From: Gemmatimonadota bacterium
GTDB lineage: Bacteria > Gemmatimonadota > Gemmatimonadetes > Gemmatimonadales > GWC2-71-9
Reading direction: 5' to 3'
Assembly (NCBI GenBank): GCA_016720805.1
Contig: JADKJZ010000014.1
Coordinates: forward strand, 1,053,162 to 1,117,161
DNA length: 64,000 nucleotides
Position 1 is the stretch's first letter, and each line of letters opens with the position of its first letter. This document shows, in pieces, positions 52,647 through 60,340 of the stretch. A program made the position numbers and the translations under genes. The notes beneath the pieces are model-generated. The model worked only from the letters and a program-made list of their open reading frames with translations, did no database searches and had not been told where the DNA came from.

Positions 52647-53705
52647 GTGTACTCCACCTGCCTCTTCTGCACCAAGGACCTCGGCACCAACGAGGTGATC
52701 GAGACGTTGCCCATCGGGCGGCGGCTCGCCTTTGATGCGTCGCAGGGTCGGCTCTGGGTGGTGTGCCGGCACTGCGCCAAGTGGAACCTGGTGCCGTTCG
52801 AGTCGCGGCTCGAGAGCATCGACGCGTGCGAGCGACTCTTCCGCGACACGCCGACGCGGTACTCGACCGACAACATCGGCTTGGCGCGGGTGAAGGAGGG
52901 CTTGGAGCTGGTGCGGATCGGGCCGGCGCAGCGGCCGGAGTTTGCGGGGTGGCGGTATGGGGAGCAGTACAACCGCCGTCGGCGGAATGCCTATCTGATC
53001 GGGGGCGCGGGCGTGGTGGTTGGAATGGGGGCGATCGCCGCGCTGAGCGCGTTCGGCTTTGCGGCGGCCAGTGGTGGCTATCTCAGCTATCAACTCGTGA
53101 AGGCAGGATGGGATGCCGGGCTGAATCGCCAGGCCAGGTTTCTGCTCCCCGATCCCGATCCCGCCGCGCGCGAGACGGTGCGACTCGATCGCAGTCACCT
53201 GAAGCACGCCACGATTTCCTGGGAAGACGGCACGCCATCGCTGGACCTTCCCCACCCGAAGCACCTCAAGAAGGGGGACTTCGTCCTCTCCTACCGCGGT
53301 GCCGAGCTGCAGTCGGTGGGGCGTCGGGCTGTCGCTGGCCTCAACCTGCTTGTTGGCGGACGATCCCAGTTGCAGGAAGGCAGCCGGATCCTCGCGGAGA
53401 ATCACGGCGATCTCTCGGACTGGCTCCGCCGCCGCACCGTTGCACTCGCGGACGTCCCCAAGGCCGGAACCCCGAAACACTGGGTGAACTACACTGCCCC
53501 TTACCTTGTGCTCGACAAGCTCAACGCCGGTGACCGCATGGCCGTCGAACTCTGGATGAACGAGGACATCGAGCGGCAGTGGCTCGAGGGAGAGCTTACT
53601 CTTCTGGAGCGCGAATGGCGTCAGGCGGAGGAGCTGGCCAAGATCAGCGATGCGCTGGCGCTGCCGGAGACGGCGGATGAGGAACTCGCGAAACGGAAGG
53701 GGTAA
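52647..53705 (+). CDS. Paralog 2: zinc-ribbon / membrane-hairpin protein of unknown function
   Basis: 352 aa. The first 317 nt differ from paralog 1 at a single synonymous position. The middle is unrelated to paralog 1. Tail 'ERQWLEGELTLLEREWRQAEELAKISDALAL'. Confidence 0.7.
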   Translation: MYSTCLFCTKDLGTNEVIETLPIGRRLAFDASQGRLWVVCRHCAKWNLVPFESRLESIDACERLFRDTPTRYSTDNIGLARVKEGLELVRIGPAQRPEFAGWRYGEQYNRRRRNAYLIGGAGVVVGMGAIAALSAFGFAAASGGYLSYQLVKAGWDAGLNRQARFLLPDPDPAARETVRLDRSHLKHATISWEDGTPSLDLPHPKHLKKGDFVLSYRGAELQSVGRRAVAGLNLLVGGRSQLQEGSRILAENHGDLSDWLRRRTVALADVPKAGTPKHWVNYTAPYLVLDKLNAGDRMAVELWMNEDIERQWLEGELTLLEREWRQAEELAKISDALALPETADEELAKRKG

Positions 53706-53751
53706 GTGCATTCGCGAGCACGCAGCTCCCTCGCTGCGCTCGGGATGACAT
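53706..53751. repeat. 'GTGCATTCGCGAGCACGCAG' box + short GC-rich element, copy C
   Basis: The same 20-nt box as at 52477-52496, followed by ctccctcgctgcgctcgggatgacat (reverse complement atgtcatcccgagcgcagcgagggag). Can fold as cgagcacgcagc-tccctc-gctgcgctcg. Confidence 0.75.
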
Positions 53752-53782
53752 CGATCATCGACCATCGATGATCGATCATCGA
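53751..53782. repeat. Heptamer-palindrome element
   Basis: tcgatcatcga-cca-tcgatgatcga (53751-53775) forms a perfect 11-bp stem with a 3-nt loop, followed by tcatcga. Lies between paralogs 2 and 3. Confidence 0.85.
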
Positions 53783-53792
53783 GCCCTGGGGA

Positions 53793-54827
53793 GTGTTTCT
53801 CATTTACTCAACCTGTCTTTTCTGCACCAAGGACCTCGGCACCAACGACGTCCTCGAGACCCTGCCCATCGGCCGGCGCATCGCGTTTGATGCGGCGGAG
53901 GGGCGGTTGTGGGTCGTGTGCCGGCATTGTGCCAAGTGGAACCTGGTGCCGTTCGACTCGCGCCTCGAAACGATTGACGATTGCGAGCGGCTCTTCCGCA
54001 GCACCACGATGCGCTACTCGACCGACAACATCGGGCTGGCGCGCGTGAAGGAAGGGCTCGAGCTGGTGCGGATCGGTGAGGCGCAGCGGCCCGAGTTCGC
54101 GGGGTGGCGCTACGGCGACTCGTTCGGGCGCCGCCGCCGCCGCAACCTCCTGATTGCCGGCGGGGTCGCCGCAGCGGGGATCGCGGTGGTCTCCGGCGGA
54201 CTCGCGATGGGCGTCTCCTTCGGCATGCTCGGCCAGCTCCCGAACTACTACAACCTCTTTGTGGTGAATCGTCGCGTCACGGTGCGGGTGCCACGCGCCG
54301 ACGGCCCACCGATCGAGCTGTCCGACGCGCTCGCCTCGAAGGCACGTCTCGTGCGCCGACCGAACAACGAGTGGCTAATCCGCACCAAGGTGATGGAAGA
54401 GTCCAGCATGAGTCGCAAGCTTCGGAAGGCCGGGTCGCAGGAGATCGAGTTCACCGGTGCGGAGGCCGAACAGCTACTTGCCGGCGTGCTCGTGCGCCTG
54501 AATCGGTGGGGCGGGACCCAACGCACCGTACGCGAGGCGGTCGACCTGGTCGAACGACAGGGCGACAGCGCCGGCGTCATCGCGGGCCCGTTCTCACCGG
54601 TGATGGATGGCAGCGGCTCACAGCTGCTCGCCAAGACCCCGTCCGAATGGCGCCTCGCCGCCGAGATCGCGCTCAATGAGAGCTCGGAACGCCTCGCCCT
54701 CGCCGGCGAACTGCGGGTGCTGGAATGGCAGTGGAAGGAAGCCGATCGGCTCGCGAAGATCAGCGACTCGCTGGCGGTGCCGGAGTCGATCGACGAGGAG
54801 TTGGCCCGGCGGAAGGATGATCGATGA
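53793..54827 (+). CDS. Paralog 3: zinc-ribbon / membrane-hairpin protein of unknown function
   Basis: 344 aa. N-terminal domain is roughly 85% identical in protein to paralogs 1 and 2 (by eye) but clearly diverged at the DNA level. Unique middle. Tail 'ERLALAGELRVLEWQWKEADRLAKISDSLAV'. GTG start at 53793 (uncertain). Confidence 0.65.
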   Translation: MFLIYSTCLFCTKDLGTNDVLETLPIGRRIAFDAAEGRLWVVCRHCAKWNLVPFDSRLETIDDCERLFRSTTMRYSTDNIGLARVKEGLELVRIGEAQRPEFAGWRYGDSFGRRRRRNLLIAGGVAAAGIAVVSGGLAMGVSFGMLGQLPNYYNLFVVNRRVTVRVPRADGPPIELSDALASKARLVRRPNNEWLIRTKVMEESSMSRKLRKAGSQEIEFTGAEAEQLLAGVLVRLNRWGGTQRTVREAVDLVERQGDSAGVIAGPFSPVMDGSGSQLLAKTPSEWRLAAEIALNESSERLALAGELRVLEWQWKEADRLAKISDSLAVPESIDEELARRKDDR

Positions 54828-54845
54828 TCGATGATCGATCATCGA
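54816..54845. repeat. Heptamer-palindrome element (GATGATC)x3(GATCATC)
   Basis: tcgatgatcga-tga-tcgatcatcga (54821-54845) forms an 11-bp stem with a 3-nt loop. Overlaps the last codons and stop of paralog 3. Confidence 0.85.
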
Positions 54846-54913
54846 CTTCTGTCACCCAACTGTCATCTTGTCGCCATCTGTCGCCCCAATATTCGAAAAT
54901 CTCCACCCCATCC

Positions 54914-55951
54914 ATGTACTCCACCTGTCTCCTCTGTGCCGACTCGTTGGGGACGAACGCCGTCCTCGAGACGCTCCCCGTGGGGCGGCGCCTGGCGTTT
55001 GACCCGGCCAAGGGACGGCTCTGGGTCGTCTGCCCCGGCTGTGCCCGATGGAACCTGGTTCCCTTCGACAATCGGCTCGAGGCGATCGACGAGTGCGAGC
55101 GCCACTTCCGCGACACCCGCGTTCGCTTCTCCACCGGGACGATCGGCATGGCCCGGATGCCGGACGGCACCGAACTGGTGCGGATCGGCGAGGCGCTTCG
55201 TCCCGAGTTCGCGGCGTGGCGGTACGGCCGCGAGCTGTTGCGTCGGCGGCGGCGTGCCCTCCCATTCGGGACGCAGCGCGAGCACACCGGCGTGGCGGCG
55301 TGGATCTCCGATGTGGCCACGATGGTCGGCACGCTGATCGCCATCCCCTTCCTCGAGGGAGCGATCGGCCCGCGCCACGCCGTGAGCGCCGTGCGCCTCG
55401 TGCGCGATCCGTGGACCGGCAACCTGCTCCGCGTCCGCGCGCTGGCGATGGTGCGCTCCGTCCTGGCGCGCGAGGACGACCAGTGGCGGCTCGAAGTGCC
55501 CTATCGAAGCGAGCTCGACGTGGTGCTCGGCGACGATCCCCTCGCCATCACGTCCATCCGCGATCACCCCGCCGTCGGCTTCTTTCGGGGCGACAAGCTC
55601 TACGAGGGGCTCGCGAGGGTGCTGCCGACGATCGAGAGTCGCCTGCCGTCGGCGGGTGAGGTGCAGGAGGCGACCCGACTGCTCGAGCGGACCTCCGACG
55701 ATCCGGCGATGCTCATCGGCTATGTCACCGGACGGCCGTTGCGCCTCGGGACCCGGGGACAGTTCCCGTTGGCCGACGTGGCACCGGAGATCCGGCTCGC
55801 GCTCGAGATGGCCTCGCATGAGGAGACCGAGCGCCGTGCGCTCGAAGGGGAGCTGAAGCTGCTCGAGCACGAGTGGCGCGAGGCGGAGCGACTCGCGGCC
55901 ATCCTCGACGACCTCGCACTGCCCGCCGGAGGGCCCGATGCCGTCACGTGA
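54914..55951 (+). CDS. Paralog 4 (most divergent): zinc-ribbon protein of the same family
   Basis: ATG at 54914 within track ORF 54824..55951. 'CLLC ... CPGC ... DECERHF' keeps all five Cys, plus 'RRRRRA' and the tail 'ERRALEGELKLLEHEWREAERLAAILDDLAL'. Its own upstream region has no CTACGA array. Confidence 0.65.
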   Translation: MYSTCLLCADSLGTNAVLETLPVGRRLAFDPAKGRLWVVCPGCARWNLVPFDNRLEAIDECERHFRDTRVRFSTGTIGMARMPDGTELVRIGEALRPEFAAWRYGRELLRRRRRALPFGTQREHTGVAAWISDVATMVGTLIAIPFLEGAIGPRHAVSAVRLVRDPWTGNLLRVRALAMVRSVLAREDDQWRLEVPYRSELDVVLGDDPLAITSIRDHPAVGFFRGDKLYEGLARVLPTIESRLPSAGEVQEATRLLERTSDDPAMLIGYVTGRPLRLGTRGQFPLADVAPEIRLALEMASHEETERRALEGELKLLEHEWREAERLAAILDDLALPAGGPDAVT

Positions 55952-56729
55952 CGTCTATCTCCTGACGGTGTCCGCGGCTCCGCTCCTCGCGGCGCTGGTG
56001 GTGCTCTGCTGGATCGCCTCGCTCATCCGCCGCGACAGCTCACTCGTCGACCGGATCTGGGGACTCGGCTTCGTGCTGCTGGTGCACCATCACACGGCCT
56101 TCGCCGGGGAGGTCGGTGGCACGGTCGATCGGCTCTTCGCGGCACTGGTGGTGATCTGGGGGCTCAGGCTGACGTGGCACATCACCCATCGCAACTGGGG
56201 GCACGGCGAGGACCCCCGGTACGCCGCGATGCGCGCCAGGAACGGGGGCCGCTGGTGGTGGCAGAGCCTCTTCACCGTCTTCCTGCTTCAGGGGGCGCTG
56301 ATGCTCCTGATCGGCCTTCCGCTCGCAGCGACGGCGACGCCTGGCGCAGCGTGGGGACGGGCGCTCGGCAGCCTGCTCTGGGCGGTGGGGTTTGCCTTCG
56401 AGGCCGGCGGTGACTGGCAGCTCGCCCGCTTCAAGGCCAACCCGGCCAACCGCGGCCAGGTCCTCGATACCGGCTTCTGGCGCTACACCCGCCACCCGAA
56501 CTACTTCGGCGACGCCCTCCAGTGGTGGGGCTTATGGTGCTTTGCGGCGGCGACCGGCCTCTGGTGGACGATCGTCTCCCCGATCCTCATGACGCTGCTG
56601 CTCCTGAAGGTCTCCGGGGTGACCCTGCTGGAGTCGGCACTCGTCGACTCCAAGCCCGGCTATCGGGATTACGTCCGCCGAACACCGGCGTTCTTCCCGT
56701 GGTGGCCGCGGTCTGACGGCCGCGGATGA
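55938..56729 (+). CDS. DUF1295 / steroid-5-alpha-reductase-like membrane protein
   Basis: 'SLVDRIWGLGF', 'GEDPRY', 'GFWRYTRHPNYFGD' and multiple TM helices. The start overlaps the end of paralog 4 by 14 nt. Confidence 0.75.
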   Translation: MPSRDVYLLTVSAAPLLAALVVLCWIASLIRRDSSLVDRIWGLGFVLLVHHHTAFAGEVGGTVDRLFAALVVIWGLRLTWHITHRNWGHGEDPRYAAMRARNGGRWWWQSLFTVFLLQGALMLLIGLPLAATATPGAAWGRALGSLLWAVGFAFEAGGDWQLARFKANPANRGQVLDTGFWRYTRHPNYFGDALQWWGLWCFAAATGLWWTIVSPILMTLLLLKVSGVTLLESALVDSKPGYRDYVRRTPAFFPWWPRSDGRG

Positions 56730-56733
56730 AGCC

Positions 56734-56754
56734 CCCTCATCCCTCACCCCTCAC
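56734..56754. repeat. Direct heptamer array CCCTCAT-CCCTCAC-CCCTCAC
   Basis: Read directly, in the DUF1295-asnS intergenic region. Confidence 0.8.
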
Positions 56755-56784
56755 GAGTAAGGCGGCGATGGCGGGCACCTTTTA

Positions 56785-56821
56785 CGTTTCACCCGTTCAC
56801 CGTTCACCGTTCACCGTTCAC
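56785..56821. repeat. Direct heptamer array (CGTTCAC)x4 preceded by a degenerate unit
   Basis: cgtttcac-c-cgttcac-cgttcac-cgttcac-cgttcac, ending 11 nt before the asnS ATG. Confidence 0.9.
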
Positions 56822-56832
56822 CGGTCCTCCGC

Positions 56833-58128
56833 ATGTCCTTCGTCCGCATCTCCGAACTCTCCCAGCATGTCGGCGCCGTCGTCACGGTGCCGGGCTGGGT
56901 CGTCACCACCCGTTCGTCGGGGAAGATCGCCTTCTGCGTGATGCGCGATGGCACCGGCTACCTGCAGACGGTGTTCCCGAAGAATGAGGTGATCGACGGG
57001 GCGTGGGAGCGCTTCGCGACGCTGACGCAGGAAGCCTGCATCACCGTCACCGGCACGGTGCGCGAGGACGCGCGCGCACCCGGCGGCTACGAGCTCACCG
57101 CGAGCGACGTGGTGGTGACGGCGCCGAGCGTCGACTATCCGATCTCGCCGAAGGAGCATGGCACCGCGTTCCTGTTCGAGCATCGGCATCTCTGGCTGCG
57201 CAGCAAGAAGCAGGTCGCCATCGCCCGCGTGCGTCACGAGATCGAGCAGGCGATCCACGACTTCTACTACGCGCGCGGCTTCATTCGCGTCGACACCCCG
57301 ATCCTCACCGGCTCGATCGGCGAGCAGGCGGGCGAGCTCTTCGCGACGGAGTACTTCGACCTCGGCCAGGCCTACCTCGCGCAGACGGGACAGCTGTACG
57401 GCGAGGCCGCTGCCGCGGCACACGGAAAGATCTACACCTTCGGGCCGACGTTCCGCGCCGAGAAGAGCAAGACGCGCCGGCACCTGACCGAGTTCTGGAT
57501 GATCGAGCCGGAAGTCGCCTTCAACGACTCCAACGCCAACATGGAGTTGCAGCAGGACTTTGTCTCGTACCTGGTCGAGCGTGCCCTCGAACGCCGCAAG
57601 GAAGAGCTCAAGGAACTGGAGCGCGACCTCGCGCCGCTGGAAAAGGTCACCGGGCCGTTCCCGCGGATCACCTACAGCGAGGCCATTGCCGCGCTGCAGG
57701 CCCAGGGCTCCGACATCCAGTGGGGCACCGACCTCGGCGCCGACGACGAGACCGCGCTCGCCAAGGCCTACGACAAGCCGCTCTTCGTGATGAACTATCC
57801 GAAGGAAGTGAAGGCGTTCTACATGAAGGAGAACCCGGACGATCCGCGCACGGTGCTGAACAACGACTGCCTCGCCCCGGAAGGCTACGGCGAAATCATC
57901 GGCGGGTCAGAGCGGGAAGGGGACTACGACAAGCTGCTGCAGCGGATCAAGGATCAGGGGCTCGATCCGGCCTCGTACGGCTGGTACCTCGACCTCCGGA
58001 AGTACGGCGGCTTCGTGCACAGCGGCTTCGGCCTCGGCCTCGAGCGCACCGTCGCCTGGATCTGCGGCATTCCGCACATTCGCGAGGCGATCGCGTTTCC
58101 GCGGCAGATTCACAGACTCTATCCGTGA
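56833..58128 (+). CDS. asnS: Asparagine--tRNA ligase
   Basis: Class IIb synthetase. 'FRAEKSKTRRHLTEFWMIEPE' and 'GGSEREGDYDKLL ... WYLDLRKYGGFVHSGFGLGLER' match the AsnRS-specific WY.DLR.YG motif rather than AspRS. Confidence 0.85.
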   Translation: MSFVRISELSQHVGAVVTVPGWVVTTRSSGKIAFCVMRDGTGYLQTVFPKNEVIDGAWERFATLTQEACITVTGTVREDARAPGGYELTASDVVVTAPSVDYPISPKEHGTAFLFEHRHLWLRSKKQVAIARVRHEIEQAIHDFYYARGFIRVDTPILTGSIGEQAGELFATEYFDLGQAYLAQTGQLYGEAAAAAHGKIYTFGPTFRAEKSKTRRHLTEFWMIEPEVAFNDSNANMELQQDFVSYLVERALERRKEELKELERDLAPLEKVTGPFPRITYSEAIAALQAQGSDIQWGTDLGADDETALAKAYDKPLFVMNYPKEVKAFYMKENPDDPRTVLNNDCLAPEGYGEIIGGSEREGDYDKLLQRIKDQGLDPASYGWYLDLRKYGGFVHSGFGLGLERTVAWICGIPHIREAIAFPRQIHRLYP

Positions 58129-58147
58129 GTCGCGGTATTCCGCTTCG

Positions 58148-58230
58148 GGATGATGGATGATAGATCATGGATGATGGATTGTTCGTTCCGCGACGGCCAT
58201 CCATCATCCATCATCCATCATCCATCATCC
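58148..58230. repeat. Long inverted heptamer repeat: (GGATGAT)n arm / 19-nt loop / (ATCATCC)n arm
   Basis: The left arm (58148-58179) matches the reverse complement of the right arm (58199-58230) at 30 of 32 positions. Sits between the convergent asnS and mazG genes; the right arm contains the mazG stop codon. Confidence 0.85.
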
Positions 58231-58983
58231 TTCGTTTCGCTTCACCTCATCCCAAATCACATCCAGCTCCTCCAGCGTCGCGTCGCCGAGCACCACGCTT
58301 CGCTCGGCGGCGATCGTCTCGATCGCCTCGAAGCGGCGGCGGAACTTGGCGTTGGCACGGTCGAGGGCGATCCCTGGCTGGACGCCGGCCTTGCGGGCCA
58401 GGTTGACGACCGCGAAGAGCAGGTCGCCGATCTCCTCGGTGAGCGCTGTCGGGTCGTCGGTACCGATGACCAGCTCGGCCTCCACCTCGGCGAGCTCCTC
58501 GGCCACCTTCTGCAACGGCCCGCGCGTGTCGGGCCAGTCGAAGCCGACGCCGGCGGCCCGCTCCTGCAGCCGGTAGGCCATGAGGAGCTCGGGCAGCGTG
58601 GTCGGGAGGCCACCGAGGGTGCCTCGACTGGTCGGCCGTTCCCGCGCCTTCAGCGTTTCCCATCGCTCCCGTTCTCCGAGGTCGAAGAGGTGGGGGTGGC
58701 GGCGCTGCATCTTGCCGACCAGGTCATCGGCGATGTCGTCCGGGCTAAATTCCCCGGTCTCCGCGCCCAGCACGAGCTGCCAGGCGAGGTGGAGCATCAG
58801 GTCGGCGACCTCTTCGCGGATGGCGGCGGGCTGGTCGCTGCTGAGGGCGGCCGCGAGTTCGTGCGCTTCCTCGATCAGGTAGGGGCGCAGCGTCTGCCGG
58901 GTCTGGACCCGGTCCCAGGGACACCGCTCGCGCAGGTCCGCCACCATCGCCACCGCCCTGCCGAGGGCCGATTCGTCTTGCAT
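58225..58983 (-). CDS. mazG: MazG nucleoside-triphosphate pyrophosphohydrolase
   Basis: 'LRERCPWDRVQTRQTLRPYLIEEAHEL' and two EExxE-type repeats ('EEVADLMLHL', 'EEIGDLLFAVVNLAR'). Confidence 0.85.
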   Translation of the reverse strand: MQDESALGRAVAMVADLRERCPWDRVQTRQTLRPYLIEEAHELAAALSSDQPAAIREEVADLMLHLAWQLVLGAETGEFSPDDIADDLVGKMQRRHPHLFDLGERERWETLKARERPTSRGTLGGLPTTLPELLMAYRLQERAAGVGFDWPDTRGPLQKVAEELAEVEAELVIGTDDPTALTEEIGDLLFAVVNLARKAGVQPGIALDRANAKFRRRFEAIETIAAERSVVLGDATLEELDVIWDEVKRNEG

Positions 58984-59009
58984 CCGTTCTCCGGGAGTCC
59001 TAGTCTCCG

Positions 59010-60095
59010 ATGGTGCATAATCCCGTGACCCCCGATACCGCCCGGGCCTGGGTGGACGTCGATCTCGATGCCGTCGTCCGCAATGCCCGTTCCTTTGCGG
59101 CGCGGACCGGCGTCCCGATGCTGCCGATGGTCAAGGCCGATGGCTATGGCCTCGGCGCCGTCGCCGTGGCCCGTGCCCTCGCCGAGGTGGAGCCCTGGGG
59201 CTACGGCGTCGCGACCATCGACGAGGCACGCGAACTCCATGTCAACGGTGTCCTCCGGCCGATCCTGATCTGCTCGCCGATGCTGCCGGACCTGGCAGAG
59301 GCGACCGCCTCGGTGGCTGCGCGTCCGACGATCGGCAACCTCGAGGGACTCCGCGCCTGGCTCGCCCTCGGCGATCGACCCTTTCACCTCGAAGTCGATA
59401 CCGGAATGTCGCGTTCCGGCTTGCGGTGGGACGATGTCACGCAGCTCATGGACGCGCGTAATCTGCTTGCCTCGGCAGCCGGATGGGAGGGAGTCTATAC
59501 CCACTTCCACTCGGCCGAGGGGGACGATCTCGCAACCGCCGACCAGTGGCGCCGGTTGCAGCAGGCGATCACCACCCTCGGCCGCCGCCCGCCGCTGGTG
59601 CATGCCGCCAACTCGGCCGCCGGGGGTGCCGGTCCCTCCTACGCCGCCGATCTGACGCGGCCAGGCATCCATCTTTATGGAGGGCGCCTGTCGGGACTCG
59701 ATGCCGTTCCGGTCGCGGCGGTTCGCGCCCGTGTTGTCGGCGTCCGGCGGTTGCCGGCGGGTGGCACCGTCTCGTACGAGGCAACCTGGCGCGCACCCCA
59801 TCCGACGACGATCGCGACGATCGCCATCGGCTACGCAGATGGGATGCACCGCCGGCTGTCCAACGGCGGCGTGGTGGAATTGTTGGGGCAGCGGCTCCGC
59901 ATCGTCGGGCGGGTCACCATGGATCACCTCATGGTCGACGCCGGCGACCTGCCGGTCTCGCTGGGGGACGTGGCAACACTGTTTGGCGGTCTGGTCTCGC
60001 TCGACGAGCAAGCCGCCTTGGGTGGAACGATCGCGTATGAACTTCTCACCGGGCTCGGGGCACGCCTCCCGCGCCGCTACCACAGGTCGTCATGA
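59010..60095 (+). CDS. alr: Alanine racemase
   Basis: 'LPMVKADGYGLGAV' (PLP lysine), 'HLEVDTGMSRSG', 'THFHSAE', 'VSYEATW'. Confidence 0.9.
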   Translation: MVHNPVTPDTARAWVDVDLDAVVRNARSFAARTGVPMLPMVKADGYGLGAVAVARALAEVEPWGYGVATIDEARELHVNGVLRPILICSPMLPDLAEATASVAARPTIGNLEGLRAWLALGDRPFHLEVDTGMSRSGLRWDDVTQLMDARNLLASAAGWEGVYTHFHSAEGDDLATADQWRRLQQAITTLGRRPPLVHAANSAAGGAGPSYAADLTRPGIHLYGGRLSGLDAVPVAAVRARVVGVRRLPAGGTVSYEATWRAPHPTTIATIAIGYADGMHRRLSNGGVVELLGQRLRIVGRVTMDHLMVDAGDLPVSLGDVATLFGGLVSLDEQAALGGTIAYELLTGLGARLPRRYHRSS

Positions 60096-60340
60096 ACCAG
60101 CACTTCGCCTCTCTCATTCTCGGCCTCGCCGGTCAGGCCAACGCGGCGATGGACGGTCAATTCCCGCCCGGCGCCGCCGATGCCGGCGCCAGTGATGCGC
60201 GTCAGTTCGCCAAGGCGCTGATCGATACGCTTGGTGCCCTTGAGGAGCGGACGCGCGGCAATCTCGACGCCGATGAGGCGAAGCTCATGGAACAGGCGCT
60301 GACGGCGCTGCGCTTCCGCTTCGCGACGGCCAAGACGTGA
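60092..60340 (+). CDS. DUF1844-like small protein
   Basis: 82 aa. 'FASLILGLAGQANAAMDG ... AKALIDTLGALEERTRGNLDADEAKLMEQALTALRFRF' matches my recollection of DUF1844. ATGA-type overlaps on both sides. Confidence 0.6.
   Translation: MNQHFASLILGLAGQANAAMDGQFPPGAADAGASDARQFAKALIDTLGALEERTRGNLDADEAKLMEQALTALRFRFATAKT

Noticed and set aside
52584-53765. 393-aa minus-strand ORF covering paralog 2 (begins 'MVDDRCHPERSEGAA')
   Set aside because: It is antisense to a gene with strong paralog support. Its N-terminus is just the translation of the heptamer palindrome and the GC-rich repeat element.
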